64,000 bases of DNA from an uncultured Candidatus Rokubacteria bacterium (lineage in GTDB: Bacteria > Methylomirabilota > Methylomirabilia > Rokubacteriales > CSP1-6), in assembly GCA_963747235.1 (NCBI GenBank), contig CAVVEU010000028.1, forward strand, positions 1 through 64,000, in the 5' to 3' direction. The notes below the pieces were generated by a model that saw only the letters and a list, made by a program, of their open reading frames with translations, made no database searches and was not told where the DNA came from. Of the stretch, positions 9,877 through 20,583 are shown in pieces; position 1 is the first letter of the stretch; every line of letters starts with the position of its first letter. A program made the translations under genes and the position numbers.

Positions 9877-11053
9877 CTACAGCCCGATGTCCTCGACGAG
9901 CTTGCCGCATACGCGCGTGGCCTCCAGGTACTCCTCGGCGACCGCCCGCGCCGAGCGGCACGCGGCGCCGTAGTCGGACTCGATGGTCTCGATGGCGCAG
10001 GCGATGTCGTCCATGTCGCGAAACGCGAACAGGCCGGTGCCGGTGGGCAGCACGTTCTCGAACCCGGTGCTCTGGGTGATCACCGGCTTGCCGGTGGCCA
10101 GGTAGCAGGCCGCGCGCTCGCTGAACCAGCCGCTGCGCAGCCGCACGTTCTGGTCCTTGGCCACCGTCCACTCCGCCCGCGAGGTCCGGAAGAACGCCTG
10201 GTAGGTCCACGGGTCGAGCGAGGCCGCCAGCGGGCTGGTGACCGTGCAGCCGTGGGCCCGCAGACGCTCCCGGTCGGCCGCGTCGTCGATGTTGATCGAG
10301 AGCTCGAAGCGCTCCCGGGACCGGCGCCGGGGGAGATCGAGGAACTTCAGGAACTCGTGGTGCTTGCTCCAGGAGTACGTCTCGCCGCGCCAGGTCACGT
10401 CGTGGCCCGGCTGCTTCCAGTTGCCGATGGTGGTGTAGTTCCGCGCGGCGGGGTCGAAGGCCATCGGCCAGAGGTCGAGATCCACCGGCTGGCGCGTCTT
10501 GAGATAGGTGATCTCGGGCGGCAGCGGCACGCCGCAATCGGGGGCCCCGTAGTTCTCCCCGTAGGTCACGATCGTGTCGTGGGAGGCCAGCGCCGCCACT
10601 CGTCTTCAGCTTGCCGGTCGCGACTTCCAGCTCGTTGGTGACCGGGTCGGTCTGGATGTAGATGCGCCGCGCGGCCAGGGCGTGCTCCTCGTTCAGCACG
10701 GTGGCCCCGCACAGGTTGAGCAGCGCGTCGCAGCGCCGGTAGAGATCGCGGAGGCCGCCGACCGGCAGCCCGTAGCACTCGTCACCCGCGCGATAGAGCG
10801 GCCGGTAGGCCCACCGGTCACCCAGCCCGATGGCCGACAGCGTCCGGTGCAGGTACCGGGTGGCGTAGCCCGGGTCCTGGGTGATGGTGTCGGCGACCGG
10901 GTCGTAGGGCCACGTGGCGTCGTCCTCCACGTACCAGACCTCGTGCCCGAGCCGCTGGAACCCGCGCAGCCAGTTGAGATAGAGCCAGGTCTGCCCGGCG
11001 AACGGACAGCGGCCCATCATCCCGAGGACCACGAGCACCCGGCGGCGGCCCAC
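9877..11053 (-). CDS. Glycosyltransferase-like protein, GT-B/CgeB-like C-terminus (frameshift near 10600)
   Basis: LRGFQRLGHEVWYVED N-terminus; SGWFSERAACYLATGKPVITQSTGF C-terminus. Confidence 0.65.
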
Positions 11054-12877
11054 CTACCCCTCCTTCGGGACGGCGGCGGCCGCGGACTCGGCCCCGTGCC
11101 GCTGCCAGAGATCGAAATACGCCCCGCGCCGGGCCATCAGCTCGTCGTGGGGACCCTGCTCGATGATGGCGCCGTCGTCGATCACCAGGATGCGATCGCA
11201 GCGCCGGGCGGTGCTCAGCCGGTGCGCGATCACGATCGCGGTCCGCCCGCGCAGCCGCTCCTCCAGGTTGCGCCAGACCTGGGCCTCGGTGGCCACGTCC
11301 AGCGCGCTGGTCGGCTCGTCCAGGATCGAGATCGGGGTGTCGCGGACGAGCGCCCGCGCCAGGGCCAGGCGCTGGCGCTGCCCACCCGAGAGGGTGGAGC
11401 CGTCCTCGCCCAGGATCGTGTCGTAGCCCTGGGGCAGCGCCTGGATGAAGGACTCGGCCTCGGTACGGCGGGCGGCCTCCCGCACCTTCGCGGGATCCGG
11501 GTTGCGCGAGCCCCACGCGATGTTCTCGAAAGCGGTGGCCCGGAAGATGATCGGCTCCTGCAGCATCAGGGTGACCTGCCGCCGCAGCGACGCCAGGCGG
11601 ACGCGGCGCAGGTCGTGGCCGTCGATGGTGACGCGTCCGCGCTGGGGATCGAAGAAGCGCAGCACGAGCCCGGCCATGGTGCTCTTGCCCGCCCCGGTGC
11701 GCCCCACGATGGCCACGTGCTCGCCGGCCGTGATGCGCAGGTCGATGTCGCGGAGCACCGGCCGGCCGTCGTCGTAGGCGAAGCTCACGTTCTCGAACCG
11801 GATCTCGCCGGTGATCGGCGGGAGCGACTGGGCGTCGGGCGCGTCCTTGACGTCGAGCTCCGCGTCCACCACCGAGAAGACGCGCTCCAGCCCCACGCGG
11901 GCCGAGTTGATCTCGGCGAGGTTCTGACTCAGGCTCAGGATGGGCTGGTAGAGGTCGCGCAGGTAGGAGAGGAACACGGTCAGCTCGCCGATGGTCAGGG
12001 CCCCGCTCATCACCCGGAGCGCGCCGAGCCACACGATCGCCGCGGTGCCCGCGGCCAGCAGCGACTCCACCACCAGGACGAACAGGGTCTCCGTCCCGTA
12101 GAGGCGGAGCGACAGGGCCAGGCTCTTCTCGCTGCCGGCGCGGAAGTCCTGGACCACCCGGTCCTCACGCCCGTACGCCTGCACCAGCTTCACCGCCCCG
12201 ATCGCGGTCTCCGCGCGGCTGTAGAGCTCGCTCTCCGCCTCCTTGGCCGCGGTGGCGTGGCCGTGGATCCGGGTGGTCAGCCAGCGGATCGCGAGGTAGA
12301 GCGGCGGGCTCACCACCAGGGCCACGCAGGCCAGCATCCCGTCGTAGCGCACCATGATCACGAACATCCCGGTGAGCATGAGCGCCGCGCTCACCAGCGG
12401 CAGCGCCCCGTTCATCACGATGCCCTGGATCGCGTAGGTATCGGCCATCACCCGGAAGAGCAGGTCGCCGGTCTGCTGCTTGTTGTGGAACCGGAGCGAG
12501 AGCTTCTGCAGGTGGGTCCAGATCGCGATGCGCAGGTCGTTGACCATGCGCTGGCCCACGTCGATCGTGAGGTAGTTCGACAGCATCGTGATCATGCCGC
12601 GGCAGACCGCGATCACCACGATCGCCGCGGCGGCGAGGCCGAGCTGGGCCATCGCGTCGAGCTGCGCGAACCACGGCCCCAGGATGGCGGGAGGCGGCTT
12701 GTTGCCGAGGATGCTGTCGAGGACGATGGCCAGCGGCAGCGGCTTGGCGAGGTCGAGGGCGATCCCGAGGGCGGAGAGCCCGAACCCCAGCGCCATGGGC
12801 GCCCGGTGGGGGCGCGCGTACCGGGCGATGCGCGGGAGCAAGGCGAGGAGGCCGCGCGATCCGGCTCCGCCGGTCAT
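11054..12877 (-). CDS. ABC exporter, fused permease/ATPase (MsbA-like)
   Basis: TM domain, Walker A GRTGAGKS, LSGGQRQR, ILDEPTSALD. Confidence 0.92.
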   Translation of the reverse strand: MTGGAGSRGLLALLPRIARYARPHRAPMALGFGLSALGIALDLAKPLPLAIVLDSILGNKPPPAILGPWFAQLDAMAQLGLAAAAIVVIAVCRGMITMLSNYLTIDVGQRMVNDLRIAIWTHLQKLSLRFHNKQQTGDLLFRVMADTYAIQGIVMNGALPLVSAALMLTGMFVIMVRYDGMLACVALVVSPPLYLAIRWLTTRIHGHATAAKEAESELYSRAETAIGAVKLVQAYGREDRVVQDFRAGSEKSLALSLRLYGTETLFVLVVESLLAAGTAAIVWLGALRVMSGALTIGELTVFLSYLRDLYQPILSLSQNLAEINSARVGLERVFSVVDAELDVKDAPDAQSLPPITGEIRFENVSFAYDDGRPVLRDIDLRITAGEHVAIVGRTGAGKSTMAGLVLRFFDPQRGRVTIDGHDLRRVRLASLRRQVTLMLQEPIIFRATAFENIAWGSRNPDPAKVREAARRTEAESFIQALPQGYDTILGEDGSTLSGGQRQRLALARALVRDTPISILDEPTSALDVATEAQVWRNLEERLRGRTAIVIAHRLSTARRCDRILVIDDGAIIEQGPHDELMARRGAYFDLWQRHGAESAAAAVPKEG

Positions 12878-12980
12878 AAAAGGGCCCTGTGCTGACCGTG
12901 TCTCATTTGATGGTGTAACCCTGCGGCGGGCGATGGCGTTCCCCGCCCGATTCCCCAGGATTCTCGCACATTACCGCGAG

Positions 12981-13319
12981 TTACGGGTAGATCTGCCGGT
13001 ACGCCAGGCGCGCGCGGTCCCCCGCCCCGCCGAAGCGGGCATTGTAGTCCCGGGTCATGGCCCGCAGCGTGTCCGACCGGACGAAGGCCTGCAGCGACGC
13101 CTCGGAGTCGAACTCGTAGCAGACCATGTACTGCCACGGCTCGGCGCCGGCGTGGTCGCTCTCGAGCGGCAGGGCCGCGTAGCGTCGCATCCCGAGACAG
13201 CCCGGGACCTGGGCCGCCTCCGTCGAGCGGACCGTGTCGTACCAGTGGTTGAAGGCCGCCTCGAGCTCGGGGGTGATGGTGGCCTTGACGACGAAGAGCG
13301 CGGGACGGGTCATTGCCAT
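12981..13319 (-). CDS. Dimeric alpha-beta barrel protein (DUF4286/EthD-like)
   Basis: AGGAGG RBS; EAAFNHWYD..VPG..RRY..YEFDS pattern. Confidence 0.7.
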   Translation of the reverse strand: MAMTRPALFVVKATITPELEAAFNHWYDTVRSTEAAQVPGCLGMRRYAALPLESDHAGAEPWQYMVCYEFDSEASLQAFVRSDTLRAMTRDYNARFGGAGDRARLAYRQIYP

Positions 13320-13394
13320 GAGCCTCCTGGCGCGCACGGTAGCAGGTCGCGGGGGACATTGCCGAGCCCGCGATGCCGGGGTATAACCTCGCCC

Positions 13395-14632
13395 ATGTCC
13401 CCGCTTCCTCGCGAAGGCCAGAGCTGGCCCGAGCTCGCGCAAGCGCTCCGGACCTCAAGCGCGACGACCTCGACTGGCGTCGCGGCCGTCACGCGGCCTT
13501 CGTCTGGCACGCCGACGACGCGGTGGAGCACGTGGCCCGCGAGGCCTACGGCCTCTTCATGACCGAGAACGGCCTCGGGCTCCGCGTCTTCCCGAGCCTG
13601 CGTCGCATGGAGGCCGACGTCGTCGGGATGGTCTGCCAGCTCCTGGGGGGCGACGCCGCCACCACCGGCCACCTCACGTCCGGCGGCACCGAGAGCATCT
13701 TCCTCGCCACCCACGCGGCCCGCCAGTGGGCGCGGCAACAGCGTCCCGGGATCACCGAGCCCGAGATCGTGGCCGCGTGGTCGGCGCATCCCGCGGTGAA
13801 CAAGGCGGCCCACTACCTCGGCATGACGGTGCGCCGCGTGCCGGTCGGGGCCGGCTTCCGCGCCGACGTGGCCGCGATGGCGGCCGCGATCACCCCGCGC
13901 ACCGTGATGCTCTACGGCTCGGCGCCCACCTATTCGCTCGGCGTCATCGATCCCATCGCGGAGCTGGCCGATCTGGCGCGGGCGCGCGATCTGTGGCTGC
14001 ACGTGGACGCCTGCGTGGGCGGGATCCTCGGTCCGTTCGTGCGCGCGCTGGGGCACCCGGTGCCGGAGTTCGGCCTCGCGCTGCCCGGCGTCACCTCGAT
14101 CTCGGCCGATCTCCACAAGTCGGGCTACGCGGCCAAGGGCGCCTCCGTGGTCCTGTTCCGGACCGCGGAGCACCAGGCGGCGGGGCGCTACGACTTCGAC
14201 GACTGGCCCACCGGGCTCTACAGCGTCAACACCTTCACCGGCACGCGGCCCGGCGGCGCCGTCGCCGCCGCGTGGGCGGTCATGCACTTCCTGGGCGAGG
14301 CGGGGTATCGCCGCATCGCGGCCACCGTCATGGAGGCGAAGGCGCGCCTCGTCGAGGGCCTCGCGCGCATCGGCGGGGGCCTGCACGTCTGGGGCGCGCC
14401 CGAGCTGTGGGCGGTGGGCTTCGGCAGCGACGCCCACGATATCTTCACCGTCGCCGATCGGATGACGACCCGGGGCTGGTCGGTGGGGCGCATTCGCGAG
14501 CCGCGCGGGATCCACCTCATGGTGACGCCGGTGCACGCGCCGATCATCGACGGAGTACCTGGCGGACCTGGCCCACTCGGTGAACGAGGCGCGGCCGTCG
14601 CGGGCCCGTCGCCGACTCGCGCCGTCTACTGA
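13395..14632 (+). CDS. PLP-dependent group II decarboxylase / sphingosine-1-phosphate lyase-like (frameshifts near 13450 and 14550)
   Basis: TSGGTES, HVDACVGG, ISADLHK (PLP Lys), GTRPGG. Confidence 0.85.
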
Positions 14633-15408
14633 GTGCGGGCCGGGGCCGCGCTCGCGGTTGCCGCGCTCCTCCTGCTGACCGGCTGCACCGTGTGGCTCGA
14701 CCGCTTCGTCTTCTTTCCCGACCGGCACGTCGGGCCGCCGCCCGCCGGCGTGGAGGAGCGCGAGATCACCACCCCGGACGGCGTGCGCCTGCACGCGTGG
14801 TACGTGACGCCGCGCGACGGCGGCCCCGTGCTCCTGTGGTCGCACGGCAACGCGGGGAACATCGACTCGCGCCGGGCGCTGCTGGCGGCGCTGGCCGCCC
14901 GCGGGCTCGGGGTGCTCGCCTACGACTACCGCGGCTACGGGCGCAGCGAGGGCTCGCCGAGCGAGCCGGGCGTCTACCTCGACGCGGCCGCCGCCTTCGA
15001 CGACCTGGTGGCGCGCGGGACGGACCCGGCCACCATCGTGTGCTTCGGCGAGTCGCTCGGCGGGGCCGTCTCCATCGAGCTCGCCACCCGGCGGCGCTGC
15101 GGCGCGGTCATCACGGTCTCGAGCTTCACGCGGCTGGCCGACGTCGCGCGCCGGCACTACGGCCCGCTCGGCTCGCTCGCGGGCAACCGGTTCGACTCGC
15201 TGGCGCGCGTGCCGCGGGTGGCGGCGCCGGTGCTCATCGCCCACGGCGACCAGGACGAGATCGTCCCCTTCGAGCTGGGGGAGCGGCTGTTCGCGGCGGT
15301 CGCCGGGCCGAAGCGCTTCTTCCGCATCGCCGGCGCCGACCACAACGACGCCCTGGGCCGCCCCGCCCTGCTCGACGCCATCGCGGAGTTCGCCCGGCGC
15401 CGCGGTGA
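14633..15408 (+). CDS. Alpha/beta hydrolase (Bem46/ABHD17-like); 3' end uncertain, ORF runs to 15595
   Basis: HGNAGN, DYRGYG, GESLGG, HGDQDEIVP, GADHND. Confidence 0.85.
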
Positions 15409-15723
15409 CCGCCCGCCCGGCAAGCGGTCACGCTATAGGCGCACATTGTCTTTGACGCGCCCGCCGCTCGTCTCGCACGATGCCGGACGAGCCGAGCGGG
15501 CCGGGCTCCGGCCTGGTCCCGGGCGACTGGGGCTACTACCGCGACCACGCAAACGTGGACGACAAGGCTCGCTTTCGTGGCCGACCGCCGCATGAGCGCG
15601 GTCTTCTCCCGATTCTGGTCCGAGCAGCAGCCCCGCCTCCGGGCCGACCTGAAAGCCGCCCGGAACGAGCCGGCGGCACGGCACCGCTGATGGGCAGGCC
15701 CAACGGTGCTAAGCTGTGGCGCC

Positions 15724-16032
15724 ATGAGCGATCTTCTGGACAATGCGCGTGAGCTCCGGCAGAAGCTCCACCGCCTCGAGGTGCTGCTGGAGATCGAGAA
15801 GGGGGAACGACGTCGCAGCTGGTTCGCGGGCAAGACGCCTGAGGCGGCAGAACGGGGGGCCGCGATCAAGCGGCTCACCCAGACCGGCCTCGTCGAGGCC
15901 GCGGACCCTCCCGCCCCCTTCCGGCTGACTCCCGAAGGCCGGGAGTTCCTGCAGGACGTCCGGTCCAAGGTCGGGGCCGGCGACGCGCTGGACTGGACCC
16001 GCGCGGACGAGATCGACTTCTCGAAGCTCTGA
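15724..16032 (+). CDS. Hypothetical protein (possible winged-helix fold)
   Basis: Coding-like; RLTQTGLVE..FRLTPEG pattern; extended -10 box 8 nt upstream. Confidence 0.6.
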   Translation: MSDLLDNARELRQKLHRLEVLLEIEKGERRRSWFAGKTPEAAERGAAIKRLTQTGLVEAADPPAPFRLTPEGREFLQDVRSKVGAGDALDWTRADEIDFSKL

Positions 16033-16102
16033 GCCCGGAGTCCGCGCGCCGCTTCTCGGCCGTCCGTTGCGCCCCGGCTCCGCCCCGGTTAGCATCGGCC
16101 GC

Positions 16103-17287
16103 ATGACGACGACGCGCACCGCGGAGGTGGTGATCATCGGGGGCGGCGTGACCGGCGCCAGCACCGCGTTTCACCTGACCCGGCGCGGCATCACCGACGT
16201 GATCGTCGTGGACAAGGGCGCGATCGCCTCCGGGGGCACCGGGAAGAGCTCGGCGTGCGTGCGCCAGCACTATTCGACCTCGGAGACCTGCCGGATGATC
16301 CGGTACTCGCTCGACTTCTTCCAGCGCTTCGCCGAGCACACCGACGGCGCCTCGTGCGGCTTCCGCCACACCGGCTACCTGCTCGGGGTGGACGCGAGGA
16401 TGCGCACGCCCATGGAGGCGTCGGTCGCGCTCCAGCGCTCGGTCGGCATCGACACGCGGCTGGTCTCCCCCACCGACATGCGCGAGATCGAGCCGCGCCT
16501 GCGCGCGGACGATCTGGTGGCCGGCTGCTACGAGCCGGCGTCCGGCTACTGCAACCCGGTCGAGACCGCCCAGGGCTTGGCGCGGGCCGCGCGCACCGCG
16601 GGCGCGCGCATCCTGGAGGACACCGCGGTGCTCGGGCTGCTCGTGGACGGCGACCGCGTCCGCGGCGTTCGCACCAGCGCGGGCGACATCCACGCCCCGG
16701 TGGTCGTCAACGCGGCCGGCCTGTGGAGCGCCCGGGTGAGCGCGATGGCCGGCGTCGAGCTGCCGATCCACGTGTGCCGTCACAAGATCAGCATCGTGGC
16801 CTGGCCCGAGGCCGATCGGCGGCCGCACCCGATGGTGTACGACTTCGTCACCAACATCTACACGCGCCCCGAGATGGGCGAGCACATCCTGGTCGGCGGG
16901 CTCGACGCCGAGGAATCGCAGGCCAGCGCCGACCCCGACGCCTACCAGGAAGGCGTGAGCCTCGACGAGTCCACCGAGGCCCTCGCGCGCGTGAGCCACC
17001 GCTTCCCCGCGCTCGCCGACGGCCACATCGCCCGCGGCTACGCGGGCTGCTTCGACGTCTCCCCCGACTGGCATCCCATCCTCGACCGCGTGGGCCCGGA
17101 GGGCTATCACGTGGCCGCGGGCTTCTCCGGCCACGGCTTCAAGCTGTCCCCCGCCGTGGGCCACATGATGGCGGCCCTCATCGCCGAGGGGTCGGGCGGG
17201 CATCCGGACCTGCCCACCTTCCGCCTGGCCCGGTTCGCGGAGGGCAAGCCGATCCGAGGAACCTATGGCGACTGGCTGATGTGCTAG
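16103..17287 (+). CDS. FAD-dependent oxidoreductase (DAO/sarcosine oxidase beta family)
   Basis: IIGGGVTG Rossmann motif, SPDWHPIL, GFSGHGFKLSP. Confidence 0.9.
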   Translation: MTTTRTAEVVIIGGGVTGASTAFHLTRRGITDVIVVDKGAIASGGTGKSSACVRQHYSTSETCRMIRYSLDFFQRFAEHTDGASCGFRHTGYLLGVDARMRTPMEASVALQRSVGIDTRLVSPTDMREIEPRLRADDLVAGCYEPASGYCNPVETAQGLARAARTAGARILEDTAVLGLLVDGDRVRGVRTSAGDIHAPVVVNAAGLWSARVSAMAGVELPIHVCRHKISIVAWPEADRRPHPMVYDFVTNIYTRPEMGEHILVGGLDAEESQASADPDAYQEGVSLDESTEALARVSHRFPALADGHIARGYAGCFDVSPDWHPILDRVGPEGYHVAAGFSGHGFKLSPAVGHMMAALIAEGSGGHPDLPTFRLARFAEGKPIRGTYGDWLMC

Positions 17288-18501
17288 CGCGCCCACTGCA
17301 TCCCTGGCGCATCCCTGGCTCGTCGTCGGCGCGGTCTGGGTCACGCTCGCGATCGCCTCCGGCCTCTACTTCTCGTTCCCGATCTTCTTCGTGGCGCTCC
17401 TGGATGAGTTCGGCTGGTCCCGCGGGGCGACCGCGGCCGCGTTCTCGATCTCGTCGATCGCGCAAGGCGTGCTCGCGCCGGTGGTCGGCATCCTCGTGGA
17501 CCGCCTGGGGCCGCGCCGGGTCATGCTCGGGGGCGCGGGCGTGCTCGGGCTCGGGGTGCGCGCTGTCGAGCCGCGTGGACTCGCTGTGGTCGCTCTACCT
17601 GATCGTCGGCGTGCTGACCGCGGCCGGGGCGTGCGCGGTGAGCTGGGTGCCGGCGGGCGCGCTGATCGCGCGATGGTTCACCGAGGGGCGCGGCAGCGCG
17701 ATGGGCGTGGCGTTCTCGGGCATGGGCGCCGGCGTGCTGACGGTGGGGCCGCTCGCCCAGTGGCTGATCGCCGGGTACGGCTGGCGCGCCGCCTATCTCG
17801 CCCTGGGCCTGGGCACGCTGGCCGTGCTCCTGCCCCTCATCTGGCTGGGCGTGCACGACGGGCCCGGCGTCACCGCGCCGGCGCGCGGCGCGAGCGGGGG
17901 CCCCCTCACCTGGGGCGCGGAGGTCGGCGACGCGCTGCGGACGCGCGCGTTCTGGGCCCTCTTCTTCGCGTACCTCTGCACGCCGCTGGCGGTCTTCTCG
18001 GTGGTCACGCACCAGGTGGCCTTCGCGGTGGACCACGGCTTCCCGCGGCTGTTCGTCGCCTCGATCTTCGGGCTCACCGGGCTGCTCTCGGTGGTCGGCC
18101 GCATCGGGTTCGGCATCGCGGCCGATCGGATCGGGCGTGCCCCCTCGGCCACCATCTCCTACGGCTGCACGGCGGTGGGCACGCTCTGCCTGCTCGGGCT
18201 CGAGGTCTGGCCGCACGTGGCGGCGCTCTACGCCTACGCGATCTTCTTCGGCCTGGGCTTCGGCGCCCGCGGCCCCATCATCACCGCGATGGCCTCCCAG
18301 CTCTTTCCCGGGCGCTTCGGCGCGATCTACGGCCTGCTCAGCGTCGGCAACGGCATCGGCGGCGGCGTGGCGCCGTGGTTCGGCGGCTACGTCCACGACC
18401 TCACCGGGAGCTACCGGATCGCGTTCCTGATCGCGGTCGCCTTCTGCGCGGTCGGCGCGGCGTGCTTCTGGCTCGCACGACCTCCGCGCGATGCGCTATG
18501 A
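17281..18501 (+). CDS. MFS transporter (start uncertain; frameshifts near 17310 and 17555)
   Basis: GILVDRLGPRRV and AADRIGR motif A; many TM segments. Confidence 0.8.
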   Translation: MLARPLHPWRIPGSSSARSGSRSRSPPASTSRSRSSSWRSWMSSAGPAGRPRPRSRSRRSRKACSRRWSASSWTAWGRAGSCSGARACSGSGCALSSRVDSLWSLYLIVGVLTAAGACAVSWVPAGALIARWFTEGRGSAMGVAFSGMGAGVLTVGPLAQWLIAGYGWRAAYLALGLGTLAVLLPLIWLGVHDGPGVTAPARGASGGPLTWGAEVGDALRTRAFWALFFAYLCTPLAVFSVVTHQVAFAVDHGFPRLFVASIFGLTGLLSVVGRIGFGIAADRIGRAPSATISYGCTAVGTLCLLGLEVWPHVAALYAYAIFFGLGFGARGPIITAMASQLFPGRFGAIYGLLSVGNGIGGGVAPWFGGYVHDLTGSYRIAFLIAVAFCAVGAACFWLARPPRDAL

Positions 18502-18509
18502 TCCGGCCG

Positions 18510-19307
18510 ATGCGCCTGGCGGGTCGTGTCGCGGCCATCACCGGAGGAGCGCTCGGGATCGGGCGCGCGACCGCGCGCATCTTCGCCGAGGAGGGCGCGA
18601 CTCGTCGCGCTCGGCGACGTGCAGGTCGAGGCGGCGGAAGCGGTGGCGCAGGAGATCCGCGGGCGCGGCGGCAAGGCGATCGCGGTCGGCCTGGACGTGG
18701 GCGACGCGGCGCCGTGCAGGCCTTCGTCGACCGCGTGGTCGACGAGTTCGGCCGCCTCGACGTCATGTTCGCCAACGCGGGGATCGCGCACTCGGCGCCG
18801 TTCCTGGAGCACCCCGAGGCCCAGTGGCACCGGGTCCTGCGCGTCAACCTGACCGGCGTCTTCCTCTGCTGCCAGGCCGCCGCGCGTCAGATGGTCAAGC
18901 AGGGCGGCGGCCGGATCATCACCACCGCGTCGATCAATGGCTTCCGCGGCGTGGAGAACCTGGTCGGGTACAACGCGGCCAAGGCCGGCGTCATCGAGCT
19001 GACCCGCACCATGGCGGTCGAGCTGGCGCAGCATCGCATCGCGGTGAACGCGATCGCCCCCGCCCAGATCGACACCCGGCTCACGCGGAGCCTCCCCGAG
19101 GCCGCGCGGCGCCGGCGGGTGGAGCGCATCCCGATGGCGCGCTTCGGCGAGCCCGAGGAGGTGGCCCGGGTGGCGCTCTTCCTCGCCTCAGACGACGCCA
19201 GCTACGTCACCGGGCACACGCTCGCGGTGGATGGCGGCTACCTGGCCGGCGGCCTCTGGTCGGCGCGCGCCGGACGTCGCGGGCGCCCGGCGGCACGCCG
19301 GGACTAG
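18510..19307 (+). CDS. SDR family oxidoreductase (frameshifts 18600-18715)
   Basis: TGGALGIG, ANAGI, YNAAK, VTGHTLAVDGG. Confidence 0.85.
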   Translation: MRLAGRVAAITGGALGIGRATARIFAEEGATRRARRRAGRGGGSGGAGDPRARRQGDRGRPGRGRRGAVQAFVDRVVDEFGRLDVMFANAGIAHSAPFLEHPEAQWHRVLRVNLTGVFLCCQAAARQMVKQGGGRIITTASINGFRGVENLVGYNAAKAGVIELTRTMAVELAQHRIAVNAIAPAQIDTRLTRSLPEAARRRRVERIPMARFGEPEEVARVALFLASDDASYVTGHTLAVDGGYLAGGLWSARAGRRGRPAARRD

Positions 19308-19352
19308 CAGTCCGGCGCGGCCCGGCCGCCGGCCACCACCCACCGAGACGCG

Positions 19353-20561
19353 ATGGATCATGCCCTGAGCGACATCACCGTGATCGACCTCGGCCAGGTC
19401 ATCGCGATGCCCTTCTGCACGATGCTGCTCGCCGACCTCGGCGCGCGGGTGATCAAGGTCGAGTCGCCGGAGCGCGGGCGCGAGCGCGTGTCGCTCGGCG
19501 TGAGGCGCCGCCGCGACGGCGTCGAGGAGCGGGTGCCGGCCGCGCAGTACCGCGATCGCAACAAGCTCGGGGTCACGCTCGATCTGAAGACCCCGGCCGG
19601 CCTCGAGCTGTTCCGCGAGCTGGTGCAGCACGCCGACGTGGTCACCGAGAACTGGAGCGTCGGCACGATGGAGCGCCTCGGCCTCGGCTGCGAGGCGCTG
19701 CGCCGCATCAATCCGAGGCTCGTCTACGCCTCGATCACCGCGTTCGGCCAGACCGGGCCGTACGCGCCCCAGCGGGGCTACGACATGCTCGCGCAGGCGA
19801 TCAGCGGGTACATGAGCATCACCGGCGATCCGGACGGGCCGCCCACCCGGTCCGGCCAGTCGATCTCGGACTACTACGCGGGCATGCTGTGCGCGTTCAG
19901 CATCGTCTCCGCGCTGCACTACCGGCGAGCGCACCGGCCGAGGGCAGCGCATCGACCTGGCGCTGCTCGACAGCCTCCTGGTGGCGCTGGACAACCTCGG
20001 GGAGCGCTACACGGTCGGCGGCGAGATCCTCACCCGCGCCGGGAACGTCTCGTTCGCCGGCTCGGCCACCGGGATCTACGCGACGACCGACGGCCACGTG
20101 GCGATCGCGGCCGCCGCGAGCAACGCGGTGTGGGCCCGCTTCTGCGCCGTCATCGGCCGGGACGAGCTGACGCGCGCCCCCGAGTTCGCCACCGCGGCGG
20201 CCCGGCGTGATCGCCGCGACGAGATCGCCGCGATCATCCAGCGGTGGACCGGGGCGCGCGGCAAGGCCGAGGTGGTGCGCGCCCTCGACCGACGGCCGGC
20301 GTCCCGGCCGCGCCGGTCAACAACGTGGCCGAGATGGTCGCCGATCCGCAGGTGCGGGCCCGCGAGATGTTCGTGGAGATCGACCATCCCGTCTACGGTC
20401 CCCTGACGACGACCGGGACGCCGCTGAAGCTCTCGGAGACGCCCGGTCGGGTCCGCTGGCTGGCTCCAATGCCGGGGGAGCACAACGACGAGGTCTTCGT
20501 CGATCTCCTGGGCCACTCGCCGGAGGAGCTCGAGCGCTGGCGCGCCGAGGGCGTGATCTGA
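19353..20561 (+). CDS. CaiB/BaiF family III CoA transferase (frameshifts near 19930 and 20295)
   Basis: LLADLGARVIKVE, RNKLGVTLDLK, FGQTGPY, GYD, APMPGEHNDEV. Confidence 0.88.
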
Positions 20562-20583
20562 CCGGCGCGACCGCTCGCCCGCG

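Noticed and set aside
15480-15689. Possible small frameshifted ORF or RNA element
   Set aside because: No recognisable motif; the start overlaps a putative -10 box; cannot be supported.
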